The translations under genes and the position numbers were made by a program. Below the pieces are notes generated by a model. It searched no databases. It saw nothing but the letters and a program-made list of their open reading frames with translations, and was not told the origin of the DNA. 64,000 nucleotides of DNA, from the NCBI GenBank assembly GCA_964016885.1, contig OZ024753.1, positions 26,722,001 to 26,786,000 on the forward strand, written 5' to 3'. Shown one piece after another: positions 26,265 through 38,490 of this stretch; position 1 is the stretch's first letter, and each line of letters opens with the position of its first letter. Source of the stretch: Eledone cirrhosa. Lineage: Eukaryota.

Positions 26265-26560
26265 ATACATGTCCCATTGCACAATCTTGGCTGATCCAGG
26301 TTTCTGAGATGCACAGTCACTCTGCCCTTCTTCAATTCAAGGTTGCATAGCAACATATTGGACAGTTCCAGATTATTCAGAAATTCAACAGGATAATGAA
26401 CAGCATTGTCCTCGTCGACAACTTTGTCAATAGATTTATAGGTCTGGCTACTTCCAGGGATCATTTGTGAGAGATTTTGTTGGTGGTATTAACTGTGATG
26501 TTTTGGGGGTCAAGGATTGTTCTTTCACTCGGCCACTCCTCATTAGAATGGTGGATTTTG
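26265..26560 (-). mobile_element. Helitron Pif1-type helicase remnant
   Basis: TYKSIDKV..HYPVEFLN..LELKKG..LRNLDQPRLCNGT matches the Helitron helicase Y.S.D..YP.EFLN..LRNL..LCNGT pattern. Confidence 0.85.
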
Positions 26561-26847
26561 AAAATGGGAACACTTAATTAATTAAGCTTATGCTTTCCAT
26601 GACAGTACAAAATGATCATCAAAACATCGTTCAGTATCAAGGGATTGGTTTTTCTATAAATTTAAGCAGCTGAGAAGTGCTTAACTGTACCTCCATATGT
26701 ACCCCGTCCCTTCCCACCTCTGTTATTTGCATTGAATGAGGCTTTGAAAACCTGAGGGTCCCCCTCTTGCCACATTATTGTTTTCGGAAAAGAAGGCAAT
26801 TGCAAGATAAAAAAATTTCTTCACGATCCCCATATATATATGTATAT

Positions 26848-26880
<33 letters not shown>

Positions 26881-26909
26881 AAGATTTGCTTCCAAACTTA
26901 TACCCCAAC

Positions 26910-26950
<41 letters not shown>

Positions 26951-26953
<3 letters not shown>

Positions 26954-27530
26954 GTTGGGGTATAAGTTTTGAAGCAAATCTTTGAAATTTGATTTCTAAA
27001 AGTGTTGTAAGTACATCATTAACCTTCTTTTATTTTCATGTTAAAACATTAGTCAATGTAAACATATTTGACTTTGTTTGAATTTCTTCAAGAATTTGAA
27101 TATGTCATCCAAGAGAGAAAAGATACACAAAATTGATTGTGCAGGGAGATTAGATTCGGATATTGCAAAGTTACTTTCGGTTGCAAAGTTTCCTGTTTGG
27201 AAAGCTGTGAAGCGTTTTAAAGATCAAGATTTGTTGGATAGACCCAGAAGTGGAAGACTACAAACTATATGGACTCCTACTCTCATTAAAACTGTTTGAA
27301 AAAGGATAAGAAGAAACCCAAAAAGGTCCCAAAACAAAAAAGGCTAAAGAGAAACAAGAATTTGCTTAAAGAAATGAAACATGGCATGGCAGAGGAAATT
27401 GTCTGCTCAGATGAAAAGATTTTCACTGTTGAGCAGACACACAACTGAAGAAATGATTGAATTATTAGAAAAAAAGCATCAGCAATCAGTGTTGACTCAA
27501 AAATGGAAAAGAATCTTGACATTTCAGTCA
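26951..27530 (+). mobile_element. Tc1/mariner (maT/DD37D-like) transposon remnant
   Basis: TA|CAGGTTGGGG TIR, HTH region ending DRPRSGR, and SDEKIFTVEQTHN.RND catalytic-domain start; internally deleted. Confidence 0.78.
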
Positions 27531-28135
27531 ACTGAGCTTTTTGGAGGTCAGATTAGTTGAAAACACACAAAAAACTTTAATTATTATCAATTTCATTTAG
27601 TGTTATTTGCTGTCAACCAATGATGGAAAAGTGCAAGTTTGATTATTCAAACTTCGTTGCAGAGAATCAGTTCCAGTGCCATATTTGTCAGGAAATTGGC
27701 AAATCAGGTGGTGGATTGAAGCGGCATGTGTAAGCAAACCCAGAACAAGAACAAAATGAGACATCATCATCATTTAAAGGCCATCTTCCACGCGAGTATG
27801 GGTTTGACCCACTTAAGGAGAGATTGGACGGGAGACCGTGTTTTGCTCACACAGAACTGTCTCTGGCAGGTTTTCTACGGCTGGATGCCCTTCCTAACAC
27901 CAACCACATTTACAGTGTGGACTGGGAGCCTTTTTACCGTGTCTCCTACATGACCACTTTACAATGTAGACTGGGTGCTTTTTGCTGTCACCTACACAAC
28001 TACTTTACAGTGAACGGAAATGGGAGGATGGAGTAGGGTGTGTGGGGTTGGGTATATATCGGGTTAAGAGGTGTCTACTAACTGTAGGTTTAAGTTTGTA
28101 TGCAAGGGAAGGCGGGTCTTCTGTATAACTGCATC

Positions 28136-28188
<53 letters not shown>

Positions 28189-28369
28189 TCATTGTTTAAC
28201 CTCCATCTTCCATGCTAGCATGGGTTAGACGGTTTTGTTCCATTTGATGCAGGAAAGGTCGCGCTCGCTCGGAAGTGTCTCTGGCAGGTTTTTTACAGCT
28301 GGATGCCCTTCCTAACACCAACCATATTTACAGTGTGGACTGGCAGTCGGGTCTTCTGTACAACTGCGT

Positions 28370-28610
28370 GTTTGTTTTGATGTATTTGTTTAATATCACT
28401 GATGATGTCACAGATGTAAGACGAAAGAACTCTGAGAAACTATAATTATATATCTATAATTTTAACATTGATTGCCAGCTGAATTAATTATAGAAATATA
28501 AAATATACTGAAGTGAAAACCAACCCAAACCAAACAGTGAGTGTGTTTTACTATATATTTCTGGCAATATTATAACATGACCCGCCCCAAATATAACTAA
28601 TATGTATATT
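28370..28610 (+). mobile_element. PLE 3' tail related to PLE3, with minimal hammerhead (28396-28435)
   Basis: UCA CUGAUGA uGUC..GAC GAAA GAAC UC UGA; downstream AACATGACCC..CCAAA..TATAAC is shared with the PLE3 end. Confidence 0.65.
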
Positions 28611-28618
28611 TATATATA

Positions 28619-28660
<42 letters not shown>

Positions 28661-28994
28661 AAAATTAAATGGAAAAGAATCTCAACATTTCAGATGTTAG
28701 TCCTTCGTCAGAAGATAAAAATAAAAGAAGGATTAGAAAGATACAAGAAAATAAGTGTGAAAAATGGAAAAAATAATTCAATGGTGTAGGAATGTATATT
28801 TACAAATTCTACAGAAATTCTTATGTATTTAGAGTCCTTTAGGTAGGAAGAAGGAAATGAATAAAACTTATTTGCAGAAGTGAAAAGAAAACAACTAAAA
28901 ATGCACTCAATGCCGTTGTTTTACAGATAGATGGACATAAACTTGTATATTCTGTCTGACCAATGATAGTCTGTAATATATTCTAGCCTACATT

Positions 28995-29290
28995 ATCTTC
29001 TTTTCTTCGCCCATTTATTCCTGAGAGAGTTGTGGTGGCAGAGTTCTCAAACACTCCCTCCAGTGGGTCCTGTCAGAAGCAACTGTCTCTGACTGATCCA
29101 GCTGGATCCCTAAGCATGACCAGAGAAGCTCATGGCTGCTCGGGATCTACCCCTGGGTCTCCTACCTGTTGGTTTCGCTTGTAAAATCTGTCCAGCGAAT
29201 TTTTTTTTTTTCCTGAGACATTCTAATCACATGCCCATAGTATCGGAGTTGTAATCTTTCAATTCGGAGAAGTAGCGGCTCTCTAGAGGA
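28995..29290 (-). mobile_element. RTE-type LINE 3' remnant
   Basis: Minus-strand IERLQLRYYGHVIRM resembles the RL.W.GHV.RM motif at the end of RTE ORFs. Confidence 0.55.
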
Positions 29291-29599
29291 AATTATTTAA
29301 TTTTGCTGCTATGTGTCAGATTTGAGATCAATAATTTCACCAACTCCTTGTATTCTCAATTGCTGTTCTTGGTGTATCTCTTCTCAATTTCATACTCTCC
29401 TTTGTTTGTAATATATCATTTTCAAGGCTGTTATGATAGTTACATTTATTAAAAATCAATATCACTATTGTAATCCAACACTCTGTTGTTAGAACCAACA
29501 AAAGAGCCTCACTATGCTAGAAATAGCAGCCAAATTACTCAAATTATACCCTACCATCTTCTTTGAACTTTTATAGAACTAATTAACACTGACTTTAAT

Positions 29600-29920
29600 A
29601 TTGATTTCTAATTTAGGCAGAAGGCCAGCAACATTTTTGGAGAAGGGTAAAGTTGATTAAATCAACCCCAGTACATTACTGGTATTTTATTTTATCAACC
29701 CCAGAAGGACGAAAGGCAAAATTGACTTCAGAGAGATTTGATTGTGATATAGTTACTAATTTAGGCACAAGGCCAGCAATTTGAAGGAGAGGGGGAAGTC
29801 GATTAAATCAATCCCAGTATGTTACTGGTGCTTTATTTTATCGACCCTGTAAGGATGAAAGGCAAAGCTAACCTCGGCGGGATTTGAACTCAGAACGTAA
29901 AGAGCCATAACTCTATGCCA
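29600..29920 (-). mobile_element. Two tRNA-derived SINE fragments
   Basis: Reverse-complement central domain and tail of the SINE family. Confidence 0.8.
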
Positions 29921-30419
29921 CTTGTTTTGTTGAGATTACTTAACACATTGATGTAATTCCCAAAATAGCTTCAGTTTCTATGTCAAACCATGTTATGCCC
30001 AATTTTCAATACTTCATTCTCCACATATTGGCAGAAAAGTGAGTGAGGATGGGAAGGGGTCAATAGTCTTTGTATGTATCTGGGCAATTGTTTGGGAAAA
30101 TTGTTAACTTATTTGTTCCATTATAGTGGATTAACTTAATGGAATATTTAAAGTACTTTGACTGATCAGTCATGTCTAGACTTGTCTTGAATCTACCATG
30201 CTGCAGGCAATTAAACAACACATTTCATTGCCATTTTTTTTCTCTTCCGGTCTTTTTTCAGTTCAATGTCAGGGTAAATATATTGTTAATGTTATTGATA
30301 AATAGAGATGGAACGATAAAAACTATATGAATTATGTGTGTAAAGCATATGATGGTATAATGGCCAGTAAATGTAGAGGACTAATTCAGGAATTATATGA
30401 AGTGTATATAGAAGCTGAG

Positions 30420-30750
30420 GTGTTATTGAGGCAGCAAATTGGCAGTCATTAGAATGTCGGATAGAATGCTTTATGGTATTCATTGTGGCTCTCTCAGTTC
30501 AAATCCTGCCGAGGTAAACTTTGCCTTTCATCGTTTCGAGGTCAATAAAAAAAGGTCCAGTCTAGTACTGGGGTCCATTCTTCCTGTATATCTCTTTCTC
30601 ATTTCCTCTCTTTCTCTAGAAGAAATCTGCTGTATTCAGGCCTGGAGAGGGATGGGCTCCACCAGGCTTAAAATGCCCAAGAAACACCATATGTCAATAC
30701 GGCACCTCTACAACTCAATTAGGAGTTACAGGACCATACATACTTATCGA
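30420..30750 (+). mobile_element. Composite SINE (tRNA head + central domain + unrelated 3' module)
   Basis: Colinear diverged copy on minus strand at 40965-41300. Confidence 0.7.
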
Positions 30751-30886
30751 AGCTAGGATGACGTGGGTATAAATTATTTGGTACTGTATCACAGCAAACA
30801 TAGGATGAGGTGGGTATAAATTATTTGGTACTGTATCACAGCAAACATTGGCAGTGAATGTAGAAGTTTCTCTGAGATGTGTTTAA

Positions 30887-31072
30887 CCCTTTAAACCAAA
30901 ATTCTTTCCGCTTTTTGAAACCAGCCATGACCAACAGCTCCCACCAATGTTAAGATATCGTTCTTAAAATAAACAATAACATCATCAAAATCTCGTAGAC
31001 TTGAGTTTGTGAGATAAAGTCTTAACCATGAAAATACAATAGTAAATATAGAATAATGAAAATACTAAAGGG
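30887..31072. mobile_element. piggyBac-like MITE
   Basis: TTAA|CCCTTTA...TAAAGGG|TTAA; related copies near 14.1, 25.7, 44.6, 46.5 and 48.9 kb. Confidence 0.75.
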
Positions 31073-31429
31073 TTAATAAGTTTGATGTTGAATAATGGAG
31101 AAGTACTGGAGAGTGACTCTAGACCTGGTTATGGATGATTTGTCTGATGTGTTTTGTTAGGTTATCAGAGAGACTGAGGAAAAAATTAGTTGAGAAAGTG
31201 ACTAAGCAGTAAAAACACAGGCCTGGATGTGTGTGTAACAGAGATAACTTCACTATTACTGAGTACAAAGCTAATGGAACAATATGAATTGATAGTGGAA
31301 AGAATCCATAGAAGTAGGTAGACCAACGATAATTTGGAGGAAGTGGCATGGGTTGGAGAGGACCTTTTTAGGCTGGGTTTTACAGTCAGATTCATTTCCT
31401 CATACCAACTGTACTAATACAGTTTACCC

Positions 31430-31884
31430 TGTGGTAATGATGTATCCTAGTTGGATTGTTTATCAATATAGACGTGAGGGAAAGTCCCTCGTCTATTTAC
31501 CATTTTTGTAAGTGAGAGGATAGGTACTCCATAGAATTATAACAAGTGAGTGGGTGTGTGCGTAGACAAGATAATAACCACAACGAGAGTTCTATTCAAC
31601 AATGTAAATAATGGTGATGTTTATTTTGTCTATCATGTGTTTATTATATTACAAATGAAACATACCAAATATATACGTGATCCAGTTGTAGTGAAGGCAA
31701 CGTATTACAATTACAAAGGCTGTGTGCTATTTGCTGTTCCCGTGGCTGTCTATTGTTTCGTGGTACAGAGGTCTTCTGCTGTTTGCTGTCTGCTGTTCCC
31801 GTGGCTGTCTGCTGCTTACTTAAAAGGTGTTCTCAACTAGGCCTGGTCCATTATCCGACAGGGGGCGTAAGGCGTCTTACTACA
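31430..31884 (-). repeat. 3' LTR
   Basis: TGTGGTAA...TTACTACA; preceded on the minus strand by short purine-rich GGCAGGGGA. Confidence 0.95.
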
Positions 31885-32103
31885 GTATCCCCTGCCAGAT
31901 TTTCAAATCATCGAAAATCGATGTTATTACTCACACGTGGAGTAAGATGGCGAACAATGCAACAAGGGGGAGCTATTCGCTCTACCAATCGTTAAATCCA
32001 GAATAAGGATTTGAAAAATGTTAAAAAACAACATGCATGCATAAAAAAATGGCAAAGAAAAAGCAGAAACACAGAAGCAAAAAAAAGGTGCAGCTAACAC
32101 AGT

Positions 32104-35100
32104 CTAAATATAGACGGTGCTGAAAATTTTTTTGGGCCAGTGGACCCTACGACCTGAACGAGTCATGGTCTTGTAACGTGGCGATGGTGGTGGTGTAGGG
32201 ACAGGCGATGATGGTAGTTCAGGAACAGGCGTTCGCTCAACAGGCAAATACAAAGGGGTTCGTGGATCAGGAACCACAGCGTCCGTGTCCAGGTGTGCCT
32301 GCTTAAGCCTGTCTATTGTAACTGTCTCCCTGGACCCTTTAATATCTAAAGTGAAATGCTTAGCCAAGCGCCCTAAGACACGGTAAGGTCCAGTGTAAGG
32401 CTGTGTGAGCGGGGGCTTCACAGAATCTTTCCTTACAAAGACATGCGTCCACGAGGCAACATCCTTCGGGACAGCAGTCTTGACAGTCTGTTTCCTAGTG
32501 TCCATTGGCGGCAAATCCTGGAAATAGGAGCGCAAACGGGACATGTAGGAAGCGTGATCTTGGGCATCAAGATCGATAGGGGCAAGCATTTGCCCGGGCA
32601 ACGTCAGAGGGGCACCGTACAGTACTTCGGCCGGTGAAAATCCAAAGTCGACCTTCACCGTTGACCGAATCCCCAATAGCACAATAGGGAGGTACTCGCT
32701 CCAACGCGCCGAGTCCATTAAGGCCATTAAGGAGGCCTTCAGTTGTCGGTGAAAACGCTCCACCATACCATTCGAAGCGGGATGGTACGCCGTAGTTCTG
32801 ATGCGTTTAGCACCAATTAATTTTGACAGTTCGAGGAAAAGGCTCAACTCGAACTGTCGTCCACGGTCGGTAGTTACTGTGGATGGAACTCCATAACGAG
32901 AGATCCATCTAGACACAAGAGCACGTGCTGTTGTCTCAGCGGTGATGTTTTTCAAGGGGATGGCTTCAGGCCATCTCGAAAAACAGTCAACCATAGTCAG
33001 CAGATAAAAATAACCGTCACTGACAGGCCAAGGTCCCACTATATCATTGTGAATGTGCGAAAAACGCGCATCTGGGTTAGTAAAGGTACCCAGGGGAACC
33101 TTGACGTGTCGATGGACCTTTGATTTCTGGCAAGCGACGCAGGAACGGCACCAAGCAGCAATTTCACGCCTCATATTTGGCCAGAAAAATCTAGCTGATA
33201 TGAGTTTAACTGTGGCAGAAGATCTTGGATGCGAGAAACTATGTAATGCCAGAAACACGGTCCGACAATGATTCTCTGGAACGAAGGGCCTAGGCACGTC
33301 CAAAGAGACGTCGCAGAGAATTTGGCCAACTGCAATCGACAGAGGCAAGTATTTCATCTCGCAATTCGCAAACTCAGGCGATGTAACATCCAATGACTCA
33401 AGGGGAGGCTGATCCGCAGCCAAACGAATCAGATCTATGTCAGAGGGTGACGAGATCGCTGTCACAGGTAAGCGGGACAAAGCATCGGCCGCTGTATTCA
33501 GTGAACCCGGAATGTGTTGGATATCATTCGTATATTGCGAGATGAAATCAAGGTGTCTCGTAAATCAAGCTGGGCGAGTATTTATCAGCCTTCGCTCTCA
33601 ACGCAAAAGTTAATGGTTTATGGTCAGTGAGGATAGTAAATAGTCTACCCTCTAGCATATGTGAAAAATGTTTCACGGCTAAATAGATGGCTAAAAGCTC
33701 CCTTCCAAAGGTCCTGTAGCGCGTCTCAGCAGGTTTAATTTTTCTGGAAAAAAACTCCAGCGGTTGCTGGTAACCATTGATGTTTTGCTGTAGCACTGCG
33801 CCCACAGCGATATCCGATGCATCAACACAAAGCATTAGCTTTGCACCGGGTACCGGGTGAGCCAGTAAAGAAGCATTAGCCAAAGCAGTTTTGGCGTGCT
33901 GAAAATCAGCAAGTTGAGTCTCGGTTAAAGAAATGTCTGTATTCTTCTTCTGACAATTTTTTTAAATTTCTGTCTGGGAGAAAAGCAATCTTGCACAATT
34001 TGGCACGAAACGCCTATAAAAGTTGATCAGGCCTAAGAACTGGCGTAACTGACGTAGTGAGGTTGGTGGAGGCAAATCCTCTATGACCTTAACTCGCTCA
34101 GGCCGGGGTCGAATACCGTCAGCATCGATGACGTGACCCAAGAAAGTCAGTGACTCAGCACCAAAAACACATTTGGGTGCATTAATCTGCACGTTATACG
34201 CCTTCAATCGACGGAAAAGAAGATTTAAATGGTGAGTATGTTGTTCTTGAGAAGAACTAGCAATGAGCAGGTCGTCAATATAAGTATAGACGAAATTGAG
34301 GCCTCGAGTAACCTCATCCATAAACCGCTGAAACGTACTAGCGGCATTCCTTAATCCGAACGGCATGGTTAAAAACTCAAATGACCCAAATGGCGTAACT
34401 ATAGCCGTTTTTGGAATGTCATTTTTATGGACAGGAATTTGATGATACGCACGAATAATTAAATCCAGTTTGGAGAATATCTTGCATCCCTGCAACGAAG
34501 ACGCAAAGTCTTGCAGATGAGGGATAGGATAACGGTCTGGTTCCGTTATTGAATTTAAGCGTCGATAATCTCCAGTAGGTCTCCAATCGCCAGTCGCTTT
34601 CGGTACCATGTGTAATGGGACGCCCACGGGCTCGTGGACGGACGAATAATCCCTAACTGCAGCATATGATCAAACTCTGATTGTGCTGCTTTGAGTTTGT
34701 CCGGAGGCAAGCGACGAGGACGAGAAAAAACGGGAGCACCAGTTGTAGTTATGAAGTGCTCCGTGGTATGAGTTGGTTCATCAACTCGAAAATTTCCCTG
34801 AGTCAGTTGCAGGAACGAGTTCAACAACGCATGGTAAGTATCGCCGGTGTTAGCAAGAAAAAGGGTCGGGCTAACCGTTGGAACTCCTGCTGCCTTGCCA
34901 ACAACAGTTAAACCAGTGATGTCATCAATTAAGCGTTTACGACGGAGGTCCACCGTCAATGAAAAATGGTAGAGAAAATCCGCGCCTAGAATCGGATACG
35001 GCAAAGCAGCGACAGTAAAAATCCATTTAAACTCACGCCGCAGATTACGGAACTGCAAAGGTAGCGAGATTTGTCCGAAGGTTCGAATCGGCGAACAATT

Positions 35101-35240
35101 TACTGCCTGCAACTCAATAGGTGACTCAGGGGGAGTCTCCTTCATACAACACACAGGCTATATTGAACAAACTGCACCTGTGTCAACCAGAAAGGCTCTA
35201 CCTGATAGCAGGTCCTCAATAAAAAAAGTGGCGGTTGGAT
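32104..35240 (-). pseudogene. Gypsy pol (protease, RT, RNase H, integrase), several frameshifts/stops
   Basis: FLVDTGA protease, [32 protein letters not shown] RNase H, H..H/C..C zinc finger, D-D-E and GPY integrase motifs. Confidence 0.95.
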
Positions 35241-35268
35241 GATGTTTCGCAGAGCGCACTATCCGCCG

Positions 35269-36030
35269 TTAGTGACTCTGGTCGTCGTTTCCCTTGTAAG
35301 CACAAGGAGGCCTACAACGGGCGGCTTTGTCACCATATTTGTCATGGTAATAACAATATGTTGGATTTGATGTTTTGGAAAGGCTACGGTGGCGAGGAGT
35401 TGAATAAGATCGTGAGCGGCTCCTCTGCCGTCCAAAAGACCTGAGTTTCTGGCACAACTCCACCATGGCTTCCATTGTTTTGACTAACTTCTCATCACTC
35501 GCTGATGAGCGTGATTGAGGAAGAGAAGAGGAAGCAACGTACTTTTGCTTCGAAGTGTCTCTCTTCGTCACTTCTACTATTTTGTCGGCAGAGACAGCAA
35601 TGTGGTCAAGTGTGTTTACTTCTAGCACATGGGCTAGGATCGCCTGTACCTCTTGAGGTAGGCGAGAGAAGAACAATTGCTTCAGGAAAGGGCTATCCTG
35701 ATTTTGGGAATCACTCAATTCCCGCAAATGCCGGAGAAAAGCAGTAGGGGTTCTGTCACCTAGTCGTTTGTCCTCGATCAATGACCGAAAACGACTCTCT
35801 ACCGATTTACAGTTCCTTCTCAAGATCTCGCCTTTTAAAGTCATACGTTAAGTCAGAGGGGGGTCTGTAATTAGGTCTTGGACCGAATCTGCTAAATTAG
35901 GGGGAAGTCCGCTAATCAAGACAGCGAGGCGCTGGTCAGACTCGGTCTTACAGACCGTAAAATACGCCTGTAGCTGGACGAACCACAGCTTAGGGTTTCC
36001 GGTAAAGGCGGGCAAATGTGGCGTATTCAT
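35269..36030 (-). pseudogene. Gypsy gag, interrupted at ~35845
   Basis: LPAFTGNPKLWFVQL start, LGDRTPTAFLR, CYYHDKYGDKAARCRPPC knuckle. Confidence 0.88.
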
Positions 36031-36676
36031 TGTGAAACGACTTTAAAAAAATAGAAACAGCAATTAATGTTCCTCGTACAGGGAAAAGTACACACCCAAA
36101 ATGGAAAAAAAAATCAAAGGTCAAAAAGAAACAGACATTCAAAACATTAGGAAATAGCAAAAATACATAAAGTACATATATATGTTTAAAAAATAAATTT
36201 TTTTTTTTCTTCAACGTCTGTCCCCTTGTGCTGCTTCAACGGGCAAGCCAAATCGTGTAACCCGAGAAAAAGAGAAAAGAAAAAAAATTTTTGTTTTAGA
36301 ATATATCCACGTTGGATATCAACAATAGTAGCCTGTGGCTAAAAATCCCTTAGAAAAAAAGTAAGGCATGTGTATCCCCTGCGGGGCAGTAATGTTCACA
36401 AAAACAGTTTTTCTCTTGATCAAATAATGAAACACACACACGCAATTCAAAATGTCCCTGTCCTGGCGGAAAATTGCAAAACGGAGAAGGAAAGCAACGC
36501 CATCTTGGAAAAAAATTTGGGCTGGTTTGTATACCTTGTCAATACTGTATAAACACTTTATTATTTCTCTGTCTTTTTTTTTTGTATTTTTGTAAGTTGC
36601 GAAAAGGTTGGCAACGTGGTAATAACAGTGAAATATTTAAGTTCAAATGAATAAAAAGGCTGCGTAAAATTCTTTA

Positions 36677-36689
36677 GTCGGGGTTACCA
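36677..36689 (-). promoter_or_regulatory. Primer binding site, tRNA-Trp
   Basis: TGGTAACCCCGAC one base after the 5' LTR; one mismatch to the complement of the metazoan tRNA-Trp 3' end (GUCGGGGUCACCA). Confidence 0.82.
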
Positions 36690-36690
36690 G

Positions 36691-37145
36691 TGTGGTAATG
36701 ATGTATCCTAGTTGGATTGTTTATCAATATAGACGTGAGGGAAAGTCCCTCGTCTATTTACCATTTTTGTAAGTGAGAGGATAGGTACTCCATAGAATTA
36801 TAACAAGTGAGTGGGTGTGTGCGTAGACAAGATAATAACCACAACGAGAGTTCTATTCAACAATGTAAATAATGGTGATGTTTATTTTGTCTATCATGTG
36901 TTTATTATATTACAAATGAAACATACCAAATATATACGTGATCCAGTTGTAGTGAAGGCAACGTATTACAATTACAAAGGCTGTGTGCTATTTGCTGTTC
37001 CCGTGGCTGTCTATTGTTTCGTGGTACAGGGGCTATCTGCTGTTCCCGTGGCTGTCTGCTGCTTACTTAAAAGGTGTTCTCAACCAGGGGGAGACAACTA
37101 GGCCTGGTCCATTATCCGACAGGGGGCGTAAGGCGTCTTACTACA
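36691..37145 (-). repeat. 5' LTR
   Basis: Near-identical to 31430-31884 apart from two 14-bp indel regions. Confidence 0.95.
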
Positions 37146-37327
37146 ACCCTTTACAGCAACTAGGGATATGGTGTACCTATTCTAAAAACATGATATATGT
37201 AGGAAATGTTGCTTTACAGCATAGATTTACGACCCTTCATGGTCTGACTTCAAATCCCGCCAAGATTAATTTTGCCTTTCATCCTTACAGGGTCAATAAA
37301 ATAAAGCACCAGTAATGTACTGAGGTA

Positions 37328-38490
37328 TCGTATATACTCGCGTATAGGTCGCACTTTTTTAACGATAAATAAGTATAAATTTTTGGGGTGCGACCTATCC
37401 GATCGACATCAGACTGACCAATGATTTTTCATAGACTTAATCAACGATGGGTATTTATAAAAATAACTTTGTTAATATTTTTTATTATTTAACATAATAA
37501 TTTCATATATCTACCTTCTTATACATATATTTCTTGATTTTAAATTTTTTACTAAAACTTTGTAGTGTTTACGTTTTTTTTCTATCTGACCGAACCATCC
37601 GTCATTAAAATCCATAGAAATGCATACCCGGTATTTAAAATGTGATTTCATTGTCTTAGCGTTGCTATGAATACATATTGTGACATATTTACTTTAACAG
37701 GAAACAGATTATTGCATGTGGCGTTTCTTTTCAAAATTAGCAAGTGAGAAATAATCAGTACAAAAATTAGCAAGTGAGATATATTCACTACATTCCAGGC
37801 AAATATTTTCATTGAAAAAAATGTATAAAACCTTTTCACCAGTCAAAATAATATTTGCAATGTACTCTTACACAATGTAAAGTGTAAATTTACGTAACAG
37901 AATGTTCCCAATATATAAGTTCATTAACAGGTGTGAACATGTATTGGTGTTGTATCTTTCAACTACGTTGCTGTAATATTTTCCGTCAGATCTTTGCTTT
38001 CACTTTCAAAGGAACTATCATCGTCAGAAATAAATACGTCTGATTCATTTGAAGATAAATCACTAATATTATCTTGTGTTTCTTTTTCATTTCGAATGTA
38101 AAACCTTCAAAGTCGGTATTCACTATTTTGGGAAGTCATGTTTATACGCTAAAAATCTGTTATACTTTCAACGTTAAAAAACACGTTATTTCAAGTTGTT
38201 TCACTATATTAAGAGTTAATTTTCACGCTTAAAGACTTTATCTCGCAGTAATCTCGAATTGACGAAATTTCGATGACGTTAATGTTTATTTTATAAATAA
38301 AACATGGTTTGGAGTATATATCGCAACGGCAAAGTAATGGGAAACTAACAGATTATTAGTTTCAAAGTAGTTTGACGGCCCAAATTTCAGTGCGATCTAT
38401 CTGCGAGTCAATGGCAAATAGCCTATTTGTTAAATGAAAAGTGGGTATACGACCTATCTGCTGGGTCGACCTATACACGAGTATATACGA
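37328..38490. mobile_element. Non-autonomous Tc1/pogo-like DNA transposon inserted in a SINE
   Basis: TA|TCGTATATACTCGCGTATAGGTCG ... CGACCTATACACGAGTATATACGA|TA; the SINE body at 37200-37325 resumes at 38493. Confidence 0.85.

Larger units (their letters stand above)
31430..37145 (-). mobile_element. Full-length Gypsy LTR retrotransposon, CsRN1/Kabuki/Boudicca-like lineage
   Basis: 455-bp TG..CA LTRs, ACCC 4-bp TSD on both sides, tRNA-Trp PBS, gag with Cx2Hx9Cx3C, domain order PR-RT-RH-IN. Confidence 0.96.

Noticed and set aside
30753-30850. 47-bp direct duplication
   Set aside because: Simple local tandem duplication with no further structure.
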